A stretch of 64,000 bases of DNA from NCBI GenBank assembly GCA_010015805.1, contig ML978132.1, positions 62,001-126,000 on the forward strand. The letters run 5' to 3'. The stretch is from Rhizodiscina lignyota. Taxonomy: Eukaryota. The notes beneath the pieces are model-generated. The model had not been told where the DNA came from and searched no databases. It worked only from the letters and a program-made list of their open reading frames with translations. Position 1 is the stretch's first letter, and each line of letters begins with the position of its first letter. Of this stretch, positions 24,148 through 37,264 are shown piece after piece. The position numbers were made by a program, and so were the translations under genes.

Positions 24148-26009
24148 ATGGCCACCAAAGAGCTTCCATTTGAGTTTCAAAGGTCGCTCATTAACAGTGA
24201 GGCGTATCCAGAGAACATCATTGTGAGAACGGTCAGCTCATACCCTGGTGCTCTGTCCTCCTACAAGCATCGGTTGTATGAGCTTGAGCGAGGCCTGTTT
24301 TCAAGCGAAGACTCATGCAAAGTGCCATTCAGAGAATTTGGAAAAGATAATGGCAATGGCGAAGGAATGCTAATGATTCTCTAAGAGAGTACAATGCCTA
24401 CTGACGAATAAACAGAAATGGACTTTGCATTTGTCCATTCAGCCGCAAATTTGGCCGACTGGCTGGGGATCCAGTCAACTCAACGCCAAAATGGCACTCA
24501 GGGCATCACTATCACTGCTCGGTTTATGGATCCAAAGCGTCGGTTCATGTATGTAGCCACACCACTTAAGTATCTTCAGACCTGAAGTCCTCTAGCTACA
24601 TATACGGCGATAGTTCTCGGACGCGACTCAAGATCACCCGGTCAATGTTAGCCCAAATCTTTACTTACCACCAGGTCATGCCAGACTATCTTGACTTTAT
24701 CTTTGCATTCGGATTTTCTGGCTCCTCTCGTCTCCTGAAATTCAGCAGTTTTCGCGAGCACACATCTCTTCGTGTTCCGCAACCAGGTTCTGCCATTCCG
24801 CAACTCGGCCGGTCGGGGCGACAGTTCCAGTTGTGTTATAATTTAAAAGGGACATGGCAAATGGGTGTTCCTGATGATGTTGTGTGGATGGCACAGGAAG
24901 CGGCGTTTTACCATCAATTCGATGTCCTTAGTGGGAATATGTTGTGGATTGTAACGAAGGGCAGACTGGATCTCCACTCGCGGATTAAGGACTGGACGAA
25001 TGTCTCTGAAAATCCGGATAACAGAGCGTTCGGAACTGTCGAAGACTGCTTTCGATCAAGTTTGTCAACTCAGTTGCTGTTCTCTCACTGGTCAACCGAG
25101 GGCTGGCGAAACCATATCGAATGGTTGTATCATAAAGAGGTATTTTCGTCACTTCATGATTATTTTACTATCGGACATATAACTAACGGTTCAGTAGCAA
25201 CAAGGTACATACGAAATGAGCGAAAGATCTGAAGGACCGGGTGAGGATAAACTCGGCTCTGGAGGTGCTGACATCCAGCAACTTCAATGGTTGGAAGATC
25301 GAGCAAATGAGATAATTGGACTGCTCGAGGGCAATGTCTATGTGTTAGGGGCTTTGCAGAAATTCTATCTTGCCCTTTCAACAGACAGCGATTTTCCATT
25401 ACGACCATGCGGCTCTGACATCAACACCTTTTCGAACAAGCTCGGCCATTTCATGGAAGAGTTTAGGATGCAGGTCGCTAGTACGCGGACATTTGTGAAG
25501 AGCGTGGCGGATAGGAAAGAGTTGGTGAGTTGAGTACAAGTTCAGATCTCATACCTTACTGGATGCTAATGCACAACAAGATAAACAAATACATTGAGCG
25601 GCAAGCCGCACAGCGAGCAGAGAGATTGAACCGTAATATGGAACGGGAAGCTGTTGTTGTGCGCATTGTCACTATAGTCACTTTGATATACCTCCCAGCA
25701 ACCTTTGTATCGGTAAATATTCCTGGGGACTGAATGTGAACCTGTATTGACAAGGCGCAGACATTCTTCAGCACCGACATCATCAAATACCAGAGCGGAG
25801 ACAAGAACGGCACTTTCTCGCCAATCGCAATGAACAGATGGCTCCAAGTGACACTACCGCTCACATTCCTGACCATCCTTGTTGCCTGGCTCGGAGACAG
25901 GTGGGCACAAACTCACAGACCAGCGGACAACAGGCTAAGAGAGGGAGAGCGCCCGTGCGTATGGAGAAGAAGATTTTGGCCCAACGCCATTTTCGAGAAA
26001 GAACCCTGA
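24148..26009 (+). CDS. Fungal CorA-like-domain protein with two C-terminal TM helices (multi-exon)
   Basis: QIFTYHQVMPDYLDFIFAFG, LGRSGRQFQLCYNLK, AFYHQFD, VVRIVTIVTLIYLPATFVS|TFFSTDII and RWLQVTLPLTFLT. Confidence 0.75.
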
Positions 26010-26315
26010 AATAGAGTCGTTCCGGTTCGATATTTGCCAATTAGCGACAATCTGAAGAAATGCCATGTTTCACGTTCATGGGATGACGGAATAGTTGAAC
26101 CCGAGTGATTGAAAGGCTGCAGATAAAGCGAGTTTTATTCTTCAGCACCGCCGAGAGTATCTCTGAAAGCTCGATAGAGTATATACAAGGCTGTATTTAT
26201 CTAAAATACATGCTATCAATGGATATAATCTATATTGACTATTAAGGATATGCATTCTTGCCGTTCCACACATTGTAGCCACAACTCGACGTTTTGCGTC
26301 ACCCACTTGCATGCC

Positions 26316-27336
26316 TTAACCATGTCCAGCAGAGTTACCGGGAGGGATAATATGTGGCTGACGGCTGATAGCCCACTGGGAGATGGCTTCGAAGCTCCGA
26401 CACTTCTTCTTGACAGTCGTATCAAAAGAAGCGTAGATGGCTTTCGTCTCTGGATTCCAGCTCTGTGGCAAGATACTGACGTCGGCAAAACACATTAGAT
26501 TCTGTCTTAGATAGTCGAAACAATGTTCTGTATTGGCGAATTAGTTACAATCTTCAAACGCTGGTGGCTCGGTGGCTCGTACCGTCGTGATTTAAGGAGA
26601 ATTCAGGCGTAGGATCTCCATGCATTTCCGCTGTGCGATTGTAGAAATGCCTTCTTATACGATTCTGGGAAAAAAAATTCATCAGCTAAGGCCGCTAGGG
26701 GTAATCAAAGAGGGATCCCTTACGAGACAATGCAGTTGGTGATAGACTTCAAGAAAGCCTGCGTAACTATCCTTGTCTTCGCCCCACAAGTGAGCGGTTT
26801 CTATCGGTAGACGACGCGCTTCACTCTCTGTCAACCGAATCACACTAGCGACTACAACCTCAGCATCGATGAGCAACTTCAACGGCCTTTCATTCTGTTT
26901 TATACTCACTACTAAGCAGCTCGTCCCATTTAGCGTCGGCTTCCGGACTTGATCCACCCCATGAATCGTCAAAGGTTCCGGTGCTAAATTGAAATGGAGT
27001 TTGAAGCGTTTTTTCCTCCCAAACGATCGGGACATCCACAAATGCTAATGGTTTGATTTGTTAACCGCCACATGTTACATAGACAACAGCATTAAAATGA
27101 ACCGTAGGTAACGTACCATCGAAGCATTGTAGAGAGGCTTTCCAGAACCATTGGAGTGCTACAATGAAGCATGTTGTAATGAGAGCGCCATGAATGAAAC
27201 ACAAGTAGCTCCTCGAGGTCAGGATTTCTGTAATTCTAGACCCGGTCCGATGTTCATGTTGCTCGCCCGGGGTATCGATGGGCTCTTCTTCATCTTGAAT
27301 ACTCGTATATCCTGCTATGCTCTTTGCAAGCAACAT
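26316..27336 (-). CDS. UstYa/DUF3328-family oxidase (5 exons)
   Basis: The spliced product has an N-terminal TM helix, SPEADAKWDELL, a first HxxHC (EVYHQLHCLNRIRR), a second HxxHC (NHDEHCFDYLRQNLMCFADVS) and KCRSFEAISQWA. All four introns are GT-AG and the frame stays open. Confidence 0.92.
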
Positions 27337-28258
27337 TTTAACCAAACGCACTTAGAGAAGGAAGAAAAGATTCCAACCGAAGATAAGACATGATAATCAA
27401 AATCTACGTGAGAGTCGTCAGCTCAATACGACAATGTTCCGCAATCTCCCAATGATCAATCGTCTCTCTGCATACGGTAAGAGGGCAATGCAGTAAAGCA
27501 TTGACCATAGTCCGAACCGCCTTGGATTTTTTCGGTCTGCAGATACGGGCCGGATACCTATCAGTAAGTCTGAAACCTTTCGCGAGGAATAATTTGTCAA
27601 CTTGTCAAGGGTACCTAAGAAAACAGAAACGCCGAGTGGTCGCCTCTCTCCACAGGCCCATACCGTAATCCTTGGCTCGTATACGAGGAACTGGCTGCTG
27701 GATCGGTTGAAGTAATGCTTCACAGGAAGGACAGGATTCTAATTTGTTGTAGGCGAGTCGATATTGTATGACTGTGACAGGAGATGTCCAGTTTATGTCA
27801 ATCAGAGCATTATTAGTCATCCACAACTGGAATTGAGTAGTTTATCAAGCAATCTTGTAATCACGGTTGAGGTGTATAGTCATGATGATACAACTTGAAT
27901 GTTGATTGTCACACCTTTACCGCCCTCTGAGCAAATGCCTAGATCCAAGTTCCAGCCTTCCCTCGAAGTCAACCCATGCCACATGATGCATTCCGATTTT
28001 GGAAATTACCTCTGACAAGTGCACAATTTCAAATACTTCGGGATACTTTAGCGGCCGCACCGCAATCCGCCATGCAATTCCTTTTGGTGTCTCATGCTAG
28101 ACTGGGAACATGAGAAAGTGCACATTCCCATCCACTCGGGCTCTCGACTACTAGACCTAACGATCCCTATACTGCTTCTCCTGGCTGATATCATTCGCAG
28201 TTCCCACACCCTATCATGACCACCAGTTTCTCCCTCTCTGATGCAACCAGCCCCTTGC

Positions 28259-28458
28259 TTATTTATCCTGTGGTTTTCAGATGTTAGTTTGAACATATGC
28301 AGCACAGCCAACAGGTTCCTTACCAGCCCAGGAGGACGTGCCGGACCGCTGTATACATATTCGAATGTGTGAACTCCTGAGGCCTGTGGAGCAGGAGCGG
28401 CTTTGGCAACACTGAAAAGGATCGCCGCAAGGGCGAAAATGTAGAGTTTGGCCTGCAT
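28259..28458 (-). CDS. 47-aa secreted peptide, candidate RiPP precursor
   Basis: MQAKLYIFALAAILFSVAKA-APAPQASGVHTFEYVYSGPARPPGLDK*. It has a signal peptide, a 56-nt intron at 28268-28323 (GTAAGG...CTAAC...CAG) and TATATA ~130 bp upstream. Confidence 0.7.
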
Positions 28459-28914
28459 GTTTGATGAGAGACGAATGACGCGGTACCGCTCGTAGTGGAG
28501 TTGCTTCAATGAGTGATGGCCAGTCGGAATGGCAAAGTTACTGAGAAAGTCCTAAGTAATAGGTTGCCGAGGGGGGCGTTGGGTATATATGGCACTCCCA
28601 GTTCTCGTAGCCCGATCCGGTCAGAAACTACCCACTTCGTGCTACAAGGTGGAACGGCATGAGTCGTTCCTGCTGACGCGGGACAGTATTGGCCCCTCGC
28701 TAATAGTTCGTATTGTACAATTATTCTCGCTAAGGTAGCATTTGCCTCTTTCAGTGAGATGTGGTGAATAATAGCGTCGGGCAACTATTACAAACATTAG
28801 GCTTTCCTCACTCCCTCAGAACATTAATACACTTGCCAAAGCATTTTAACCCTTTATTGTCTGACTACAACCTTCTTTTTCGCAGCTCGCAATTCCCTCA
28901 CTACTGAAGAAGAT

Positions 28915-29193
28915 ATGCTGTTTTGCCGTCTTTTGCTTGCTGCGGCCTTCGCAGCCACAGGTCTTTCATTCCCGAATCCATCTTTGGGTATTTATGGCGG
29001 CGAATGTTGCGCAGAAGGGGTGTGCTGTCTTTCGCCAAACCTTGATGGGCGGGTTCGTAGATGTTTCCCATCTCAATCATTAGGTCTAACGCAAAAGTTG
29101 TAGAGAATAGCATGCGACTGCGGAGATTGTGTGGTCTACGACGGATCGGATTGCGCCTGTGATGGTTCTCCGACAAAGATGATCAAAGTCTGA
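28915..29193 (+). CDS. 75-aa small secreted cysteine-rich protein
   Basis: MLFCRLLLAAAFAATGLS-FPNPSLGIYGGECCAEGVCCLSPNLDGR|RIACDCGDCVVYDGSDCACDGSPTKMIKV*. It has a 51-nt intron at 29053-29103 (GTTCGT...CTAAC...TAG). Confidence 0.72.
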
Positions 29194-29570
29194 CCTTTAC
29201 GGCTTTGAGGAAACTCGGCTCCACGGATGGGATCGAACTAGGAGACTGAGAGTATCTGTTGAAAGGGTAGCAGCGAATGCTTATATTGTTAGCCAGGATA
29301 ACCAACAGTGGCCAATTTCGACGCTTTGAGAAACTCTGCGGGGAAGGCGGAAGGAAGCTGAGAATCAAAAGGAGATGAGATTAGCGAGATTGAACCACGA
29401 AACTGTATTACATGAAGCTTAGGCTGCAAATGTATCAAGGCAACATCCAGCCTGAATTCTATGGAAACGGCTCGCTCATGACAATCTACCACAGCTTCAA
29501 CAAGCTTGTCATGTTGGCGCCAACTTAAAATGCTGCAATCCATGATTACTTAAAGGGGACCGGATACATG

Positions 29571-30910
29571 TCATAAGCCGACAACATCCCGTACCAGGTT
29601 CATTGTTCCTGTAGCACTTGTGGACGCTTTCTTTGCACCTAGCTCTGCAACAGAGCTGAGATATTTCCCATTCTCCCTCTGAAGAGTCTCGTGGAAGCGC
29701 TCGCGAACTGGCCCAATTTCGGTTTCAATGGCCTCGGCGACTCTCGACTTGAATGCTCGCATAGATAGATTCTGACAATCGGCCACGAGGTCTTCGCGCG
29801 AGCCAAACGTACTCCCGGTCATGTGAAAAAGAATGTCCAGCAAATTTGAGACTCCCGGACGCGCCACAGGATCATAAGAAACGCCCTCGGTCGAGTCTGT
29901 CAAAGCGGATTTGATTTTCTTCGAAATATCCTCTTCAGTATCCGTAATCAGAATACGAGACTTGGGGTTGTCATCAGACTTTGACATTTTTTGCTCCGGT
30001 TTCGTCAGCGACATCACACGCTTCGCAGGGGCTGCTGTGCAATTAGAGTAGATACCCACAGGATCTATCATTGTTTACTTACAAATGATTGTCTCCGGCG
30101 ATACGAGGACTTGTCCGAAGTGATGGTTAAAACTTGTCGCGCACTCACGTGCGAATTCAAGATGCTGGGCCTGATCTGATCCAACAGGAACATGCGTTGC
30201 CCTAAGGATAGTTAGAAGCATAGCGAGTCAACTCTAGAATCTCCACAGACCGATGGACAAGGATATCTGCTGCTTGTAGCACTGGGTACGAGAAGAGACC
30301 AAGCTTCAGTGGAGTCTTGGTTGTTGGATCCAAGGGAGACACATTCTCAGGAAGCGACAGCTTACTCTATTCCCGAATAAGTATCGATCTTCAAAGAGTG
30401 AGTATGAGGTTTCAACATACCTTCCACTGCGTCATCCGTGACAAGTACCCTACGGAGGCATTGCAGCTGAGAATCCACATCAATTCTGAATGTGCTGGGA
30501 CCTATTAAAACTTGTCAGCCACTGACCGCTAGTGTATAGGGGTGACTCTGCCTTACAGCGGACTGATAGAAGATGATTGATCTTTCAGGATCCAGGCCAA
30601 CAGCCAGTAGAGACGCCAGCATCTCCTTTTTCCATAGTCTCAGCTGATGTGGATCTTGACGAATGGTGATAGCGTGCAGATCAACGACTGAGTAGAGAAG
30701 GGTCGTCCCTTGTGACGCTTGCTCTTGGAGATCCACCCATTGCTTGAAAGCTCCCAGGTAGTTTCCAAGATGAGGAATGCCAGTTGGTTGTATTCCGGAG
30801 AAGACGACCTTTTTCTCTGCTTGGGACAATGTTGATGCGGCGGCCCTCTGGCCGGCCTTGAATGGAACCTGCAGACTGGTCCAGCTTCGATGGGCCAGTG
30901 ATCGAAGCAT
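29571..30910 (-). CDS. MSW1: Mitochondrial tryptophanyl-tRNA synthetase (multi-exon)
   Basis: [19 protein letters not shown] (HIGH), [28 protein letters not shown], and an N-terminal presequence-like leader. Confidence 0.94.
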
Positions 30911-31685
30911 CTGCAGACGGGAGTGAGGGGGAGATGTGAGATTAATGCAGGTGTCGTCGTGAGAAAGATTTCCAATGGCAGGGATACGCGACCGGGACGC
31001 TCGGACATCAACCCAAAGTGGACGACGTTTTTAAGCCACGGCCCACGGAAGGCGAGCCTCTCGCCATGACGATCTCATGACTCTCATTCCATCTGGATAT
31101 ATGGAGTGTGCCAATCTCGTTAGCTTATATTTGCTTGCTGATCAAGTTAGAATACAAGTAATCCCGCAACAAAGTACCTTCTTTTGCTTCTTGCGGTTAC
31201 CGTCAGGCGTAGAACCCCTTCTCCTGTTGTGAAGATGTGTTTTATCGTACTGACTCTCTCCTCTCTGAGGAACATCAATCACTCCGAATAATCTCTATAA
31301 TAACCTTAGGGTATTGCGCATTTTCGCGTTCTCGCTCTCAGATGCTATCAAACGCCGTTCTACGATGCTTTTAGTCCTGGAGTTCTGCCTCTCAACTTCA
31401 ACAGTGCTTGGTATCTGAGACTCTTGTTTCGAAACGTATGAACAGGCTTCGGAGAATAGATACAACATATGTGGGGTATCATCGTCTCCAAAGAAGCCGT
31501 AGACGCCGATCCCTCCTTTCCGAAGGATTCAAATTTTCCGGGAATTCATGGCGGTGCGGGGGTTCGGCTTGAGAAAGCGCGAATGCTCAAGACGATCATG
31601 GTTTGGATGATATTCTATTATCCTCTAAATATGCAAGTGGGTGCTTGGTGACCGGTACCTGCTTGCAGAAATCCCTTCCCACAAA

Positions 31686-33469
31686 ATGCTCTTCGTACTG
31701 CCTCTCCTGGCTCTCACTCTGTCAAATATAAAGGCAGTATCTGCTACCTTCCATGCTCCTGCAATTAAGCTCTCATATGGTACATTCAGTGGCTCATACT
31801 CTGACGAATACAACATTTCGTATTATCGAAAAATACCATATGTGGCCCCTCCGGTAGGCGAAAACCGCTGGCGCGCTCCGCAACCTCCACATCACATCCA
31901 GTATGGCACGTATGATACAGACCAGTCATTTCCGCTATGCCCCCAAGGATCAAATGGCACTGGCTCAGAGGACTGTCTATATCTCGGCATCTACTCTAGG
32001 CCATGGAAGGAGGGTGCCAAACGACCCGTTGTGGTAGAGATCCATGGAGGCGCGTATTCAGCAGGACTAGCATCGTTCAATATCCCACCGTTTGGGTACC
32101 CCACATTGAATGCCAGCGTGCAGAATGATTTTATCTTTGTCTATCCAGCGTATCGATTGAACGTGTTTGGCTTCCTGCCTGGTAAAGAGATTAAGCAGGC
32201 AAAAGATACCTGCTTAAATATCGGCCTGCTGGACCAGCAAGCAGCGCTTCGTTGGGTGTATGAGAATATTGAGCAGTTCGGAGGGGATCCGCGAAACGTC
32301 AGCATTTGGGGTCAGTCTGCTGGTGGAGGTTCTGTTCTCGCACAGACGATAGCGAACGGCGGCAAAACAACTCCGAAGCTATTCTCAAGGGCGCTGGCAA
32401 GCAGCCCGTACTGGGTGAAGCAATACAAGTACGACGATCCTGAGGCCGAATGGATATTCACCAGTCTCGTCAATTTAACCGGGTGTGCAGGTGCAGCTGA
32501 CAGTATCGCGTGCATGAGAGCATTGGACACGCAGACAATATACAATGCTAGCATGCAGATCCCATTGTATCGGCCTTGGTACACCAGTACCAATACTTGG
32601 TCTCCTGTTGTTGATGGAGATTTTCTACAGACGCATCTCTCAACAGCCGTATCAGAACGAAAGTTGAATGCGGAACTTGTCTGGGGCATGTACAACACTC
32701 ACGAGGGTGAAGGATTCGTACCGACACAACTCCTCAATATGACAGGAGGACCAATGAACTCGTCTGAGGCAGGTTTTGATTACTGGCTTCGCGGATACCT
32801 GCCGAGGTTTTCTGCGGCGGAGTTGGATCAGGTCAAGAAGCTTTACCCGGCAGTGGGCACGACCGAGACTATGACGTACAACGCAACAGATCAGAGAGCA
32901 GGATTGATTTATCGTGATACAGTACTGGCATGCTCCGGCTATTGGGTGGCTTCCGCAGCACCTAAAGGATGGCAGGGAGAGTACACGATACCTCCTGCCC
33001 TTCACGTAAGTATTCGAGCCTGGACGTAACTTTAACCGCTCATATCCGGCCAGGGGAGTGAGCAAGTGTATGTCTGCGGGGAACCAGGGTACAACTCAAC
33101 TTGCGAGGTGCGTAGATATACATACCTAAAATATGTCGCCAGCTAACGAACAATCAGTGGAACCACTGGCCCACGAACAATGAGACAGAAGTTGAGCGCT
33201 ACCTCGGCATTGCGGGAGCTTTCTCAAGCTTCCTCCAAACAGGTGATCCAAATGCGCACAAGGTACGATCTTCGACAGTGTGATCATATGCCAGAGTTGC
33301 TTGCTTACGACACATACAGCTAACGAATCCTTCTGTGCCCGGAGTGCCGCCGTTATCCAAGGATCTGTTGTGGACGATGGATCCAAATGGCTTTCACCAG
33401 AGACCGATCAAGCAATTGAAAGAACGGTGCAAGTTCTGGCATGAGCTGGCGCTCAAGGTACCCGAGTAG
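31686..33469 (+). CDS. Secreted type-B carboxylesterase/lipase
   Basis: Signal peptide, IPYVAPPVGENRWRAPQ, SEDCLYL, IHGGAY, FGGDPRNVSIWGQSAGG (catalytic Ser). The 3' exon structure is partly uncertain. Confidence 0.88.
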
Positions 33470-33546
33470 TGAAAGAGGAGATTTTGGGTAGATGGCGTTC
33501 GTCCATAGTTCTTGTTTCCAGAATTTAGCCCGTAGCTCTTACAGTA

Positions 33547-33723
33547 CGCAGGAGCTAGTTTCCGACGAGCGAACAGTCCTCATAGCCACTCTATAAGGTC
33601 GCCTTTCAGCACTTCCAAGAAGCTTCCACATGTTGTTGAGTGCGTATTAAAAGCTATTAGGGAGTAGTAGGCCCGCCTTAAGAAGATTTGCTTCTCGCTG
33701 TGCTAGAAAAGAGACGCTCTTCG
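33547..33723. mobile_element. MITE copy 1 (TA-flanked, right end partly deleted)
   Basis: TA|CGCAGGAGCTAGTTTCC...GCTCTTCG|TA. The internal sequence (AGCACTTCCAAGAAGCTTCC, TATTAGGGAGTAG) matches the copies at 55688 and 56009. Confidence 0.8.
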
Positions 33724-34633
33724 TACACTTTTTTGCCATGTAAAACCATCGCGGCAAGCACAGACAGAAATCTGTATCTTGAGTCAATCACTAGCTGGTC
33801 TGAAGCAGAACAAAGAGTCTCGTGATCCGCTACACTAATAGCCTGTCAAAAAGTGAAGTTAGGTGTGGACATCCTCTGGTTAGACATTCCGAGCATCGTA
33901 TTGATGCCGGCGTTGCAGAAACCACAATTGGCAAAATCCTTTTCCAGTAGAAACTCCGATGCTGGTCCAGACTCGTAGGAAAGAGTTGATCTATCAATAT
34001 GTAAATAGCGTTTGTAGACAGCGTATAATAAGAAGGAGCACCAGTAAAGGTATTTTGGGGATGTGGCTCAGACACGGGGCGCACTTCCGGCATTTCTCGT
34101 TTCGTCTTCTCTCTAGTCGGCACTTGAAATAACACTAAGGACACCAAGGTCAAAGAGTCTCTCGATGAGTCTCGGTAGGCTCGCTTAGCAATGCTTTGTC
34201 TACATTATTTTCAGCGCAAGTCGTACGAGTCGAGTGATGTGTTACGTTTCCTTCCCAGACCGAAACAAGGCAAGGGCATGCCATGACGGGAAACATTGCA
34301 GGCAGAGCGGTCTGTGTTTGAATATCAAACTGGCCAGAACCGCTCAAACATGCAGGGGAGATAGTTTTATCCAATAAGGTATGGTACAAATGCTGCTTAC
34401 GCGCTTACTGTTGCATTGCGAGAGTCCGAGGCTGGCCTGCGGCCCGCCGCCTCTCCGCAAAACCCTGGTGTGTGTATCGCACTCCGCCAGACATAACCGA
34501 CTACTTTTCTCTCCACCACTTCCCACACTACCCACTGTGTCTTCATTTTTCTTTCCTTTGGCGATTGACTCGCCCAAACAACCAACTCGCAAATAATTGA
34601 TTTGCACCAACAGCAACTGCGAATACCGCAAGC

Positions 34634-36559
34634 ATGGAAGCCCTTCTCCGCCAGTCCAGGGCAATGTGTCCATTTTTGAAGAAGACGTCCCCCGCGACGC
34701 TTCGTAGTCTCTCGACCTCGACGGCTCAGAGCGCCTCGACCGGTGGTAGCACCATGTCCAACCTTCAGGTTGTTGCCCGCCGCTGCCCAGTTATGGGCAA
34801 AGCGCTCGCCGTACAGAGCGCTCGTGCTGGAAACGCCGCCCTTGCCGGAGCGTACGGAACGGCCTTTGTCAGGGCTTATCACGCGAAGGTGAACAGAGCC
34901 AATCTGCACACTAGCAGTGCCAAAGAGGCTCAGGCCGTCGATGTGGGTGTGGGACGTGAGGTTGAAAGTATGTACTATGCTGTGGCATTCGCCACACCCC
35001 GCAGTTGACCGGAGCATTCGTTAACAAGTCGAACAGCCCCATTTCCTAGCAAGTACAAGCCTGCCACGGCCGAACATATCCAGGAGCCTCAATGTATCCC
35101 TCCAGCGGCTCCCAAGCCTGCCAAGTTCGACTACGAAAGGTTTTATGGCAATGAACTTGACAAGAAACACAAGGACAGGTCTTACCGCTACTTCAACAAT
35201 ATCAACCGCCTTGCGAAAGAGTTCCCGCGAGCTCATACGGCCGATAAGGATGAGCGTGTGACAGTGTGGTGCTCCAACGACTACCTTGGCATGGGCCGCA
35301 ATGCACACGTACTGAAGACTATGCACGAGACGCTTGATAATTATGGTGCCGGAGCAGGTGGAACAAGGAACATCAGCGGTCACAATCAGCATGCTGTGGG
35401 ATTGGAGAACACTCTGGCCAAACTGCACTCGAAAGAGGCAGCATTGGTCTTCACCAGCTGCTTTGTCGCCAATGACGCTACCCTCGCGACCTTGGGGAGC
35501 AAACTTCCCAACTGCGTCATTCTCTCCGACAGCCTCAACCACGCCAGCATGATCCAGGGTATCCGCCACTCTGGCACCAAGAAAATGGTGTTCAAACACA
35601 ACGACATGGTTGACCTGGAGAATAAACTCGCAAGTCTGCCGCCTGACCAGCCTAAGATCATCGCGTTCGAGTCTGTGTACAGCATGTGTGGTTCCATCGG
35701 ACCAATTGAACAGATCTGTGACTTGGCTGAGAAGTACGGTGCGGTCACTTTTCTCGATGAAGTCCATGCTGTTGGCATGTATGGACCACACGGTGCAGGC
35801 GTTGCAGAGCATCTCGACTATGAAGCCCATGTCGCTGGCAAGCCCAAAGGCACTGTCATGGACCGCATCGACATCATCACTGGCACATTAGGCAAGGCAT
35901 ATGGCTGTGTTGGTGGCTACATTGCTGGGTCTGCCAAGATGGTCGACACCATCCGTAGTCTTGCGCCAGGTTTCATCTTCACCACCAGTCTTCCACCTGC
36001 GACAATGGCGGGTGCCCAGGCCGCAATTGAGTACCAGCGCGCATACCAGGGCGATAGGAGGCTCCAGCAGCTCCATACTCGTGCAGTTAAAGAGGCTCTC
36101 AATGCTCGAGACATTCCTGTAATTCCGAATCCGAGTCACATCGTCCCAATCCTGGTTGGAGATGCTGAGACCGCGAAGAAGGCGAGTGACATGCTACTGG
36201 ACAACTGGGGAATCTACGTTCAAGCCATTAATTATCCTACTGTTCCAGTTGGACAGGAGAGGCTCAGGATCACGCCAACGCCAGGGCACACGAAGGAGTT
36301 GAGGGACCATTTGGTCGAGGCCATCCAGACTGTCTGGAAGGACCTGGGCATCAAAAAGACCAGCCAGTGGGCTGAACAGGGCGGATTCATTGGAGTTGGA
36401 GTGAAGGACGCGGCGGCTGAGGAGCCGTTGTGGACCGATGAACAGCTCGGTCTTGAGGATGCGGTCAAGGAGATGAAGACTGGGAACGCCTTGGGCGTTT
36501 TGGAGAGTGTGCTGGAGAATGATGCACACAGGGCTGCACCAATCGCTGCGGCTGCTTGA
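34634..36559 (+). CDS. HEM1: 5-aminolevulinate synthase, mitochondrial (one intron)
   Basis: Presequence with CP heme-regulatory motifs (MCPF, RCPV), [32 protein letters not shown] and GTLGKA (PLP lysine). Confidence 0.97.
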
Positions 36560-37225
36560 ATATAGGCTCCGTCTACGAGGCCTGCCCGAATGATGTGGAT
36601 ATGAAGATGATATGTGCAGATGGAAATGTGGATCAGATCAGTGATGCAAAGACCGTGCCGATCTTTGCTCAATATACTACGTTCGATCTGACGCTTTGCA
36701 TTTCCAAACTGCTCTGTTCCTCCATTTGCACCCTTTGATGTGGCTGTCACTGAAACAAAACCTTGGACGCTCCGCTATGTGTACGATTTCCAAACGTTCA
36801 CTGAACTCGTGCTGTAGCCACCATGTGCTCGCTGCAAGCCACATTCCGTTGTTGATCAACTCCCCTTGCAACCTATGCCCGCCCGCATACTATTCTGGAA
36901 GTCCAATGCAACAGTCTTAGTTGTCTTTGGCATGCTGGGTCTGGATCTCAGACTCGAAGAGGCATCGATGTCTGCTTAACTCGTGCCCATTACTACCTAA
37001 TATCATAGAATGGATGGGCATAGCTGATATCTTTTCAAGATCACAACCAGCCAAAAAATAAATATATAATAATAAGAGTGGATTCGACTTTGCGTATGTC
37101 TCCCACAGATAAGTTATGCATTTTTATAAGTGCCTCGGGTAGCTGTGATAGAGTGGGTCTACCGACGAGCTGCCCCGCCGTCGAGCACCTATCAAGAGCG
37201 TTGTCTTCGAAAACTAAATCTTTAG

Positions 37226-37232
37226 TATATAT
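37226..37232 (+). promoter_or_regulatory. TATA-like element upstream of the tRNA-Leu gene
   Basis: TATATAT lies 33-39 bp upstream of the mature tRNA 5' end; function is inferred. Confidence 0.45.
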
Positions 37233-37264
37233 TGAACATGACAATTTCAGAAAGCCAACAAATT

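Noticed and set aside
28048..28509. 153-aa ORF from the ORF track
   Set aside because: It reads through a clear GTAAGG...CTAAC...CAG intron; the spliced 47-aa peptide is the better model.
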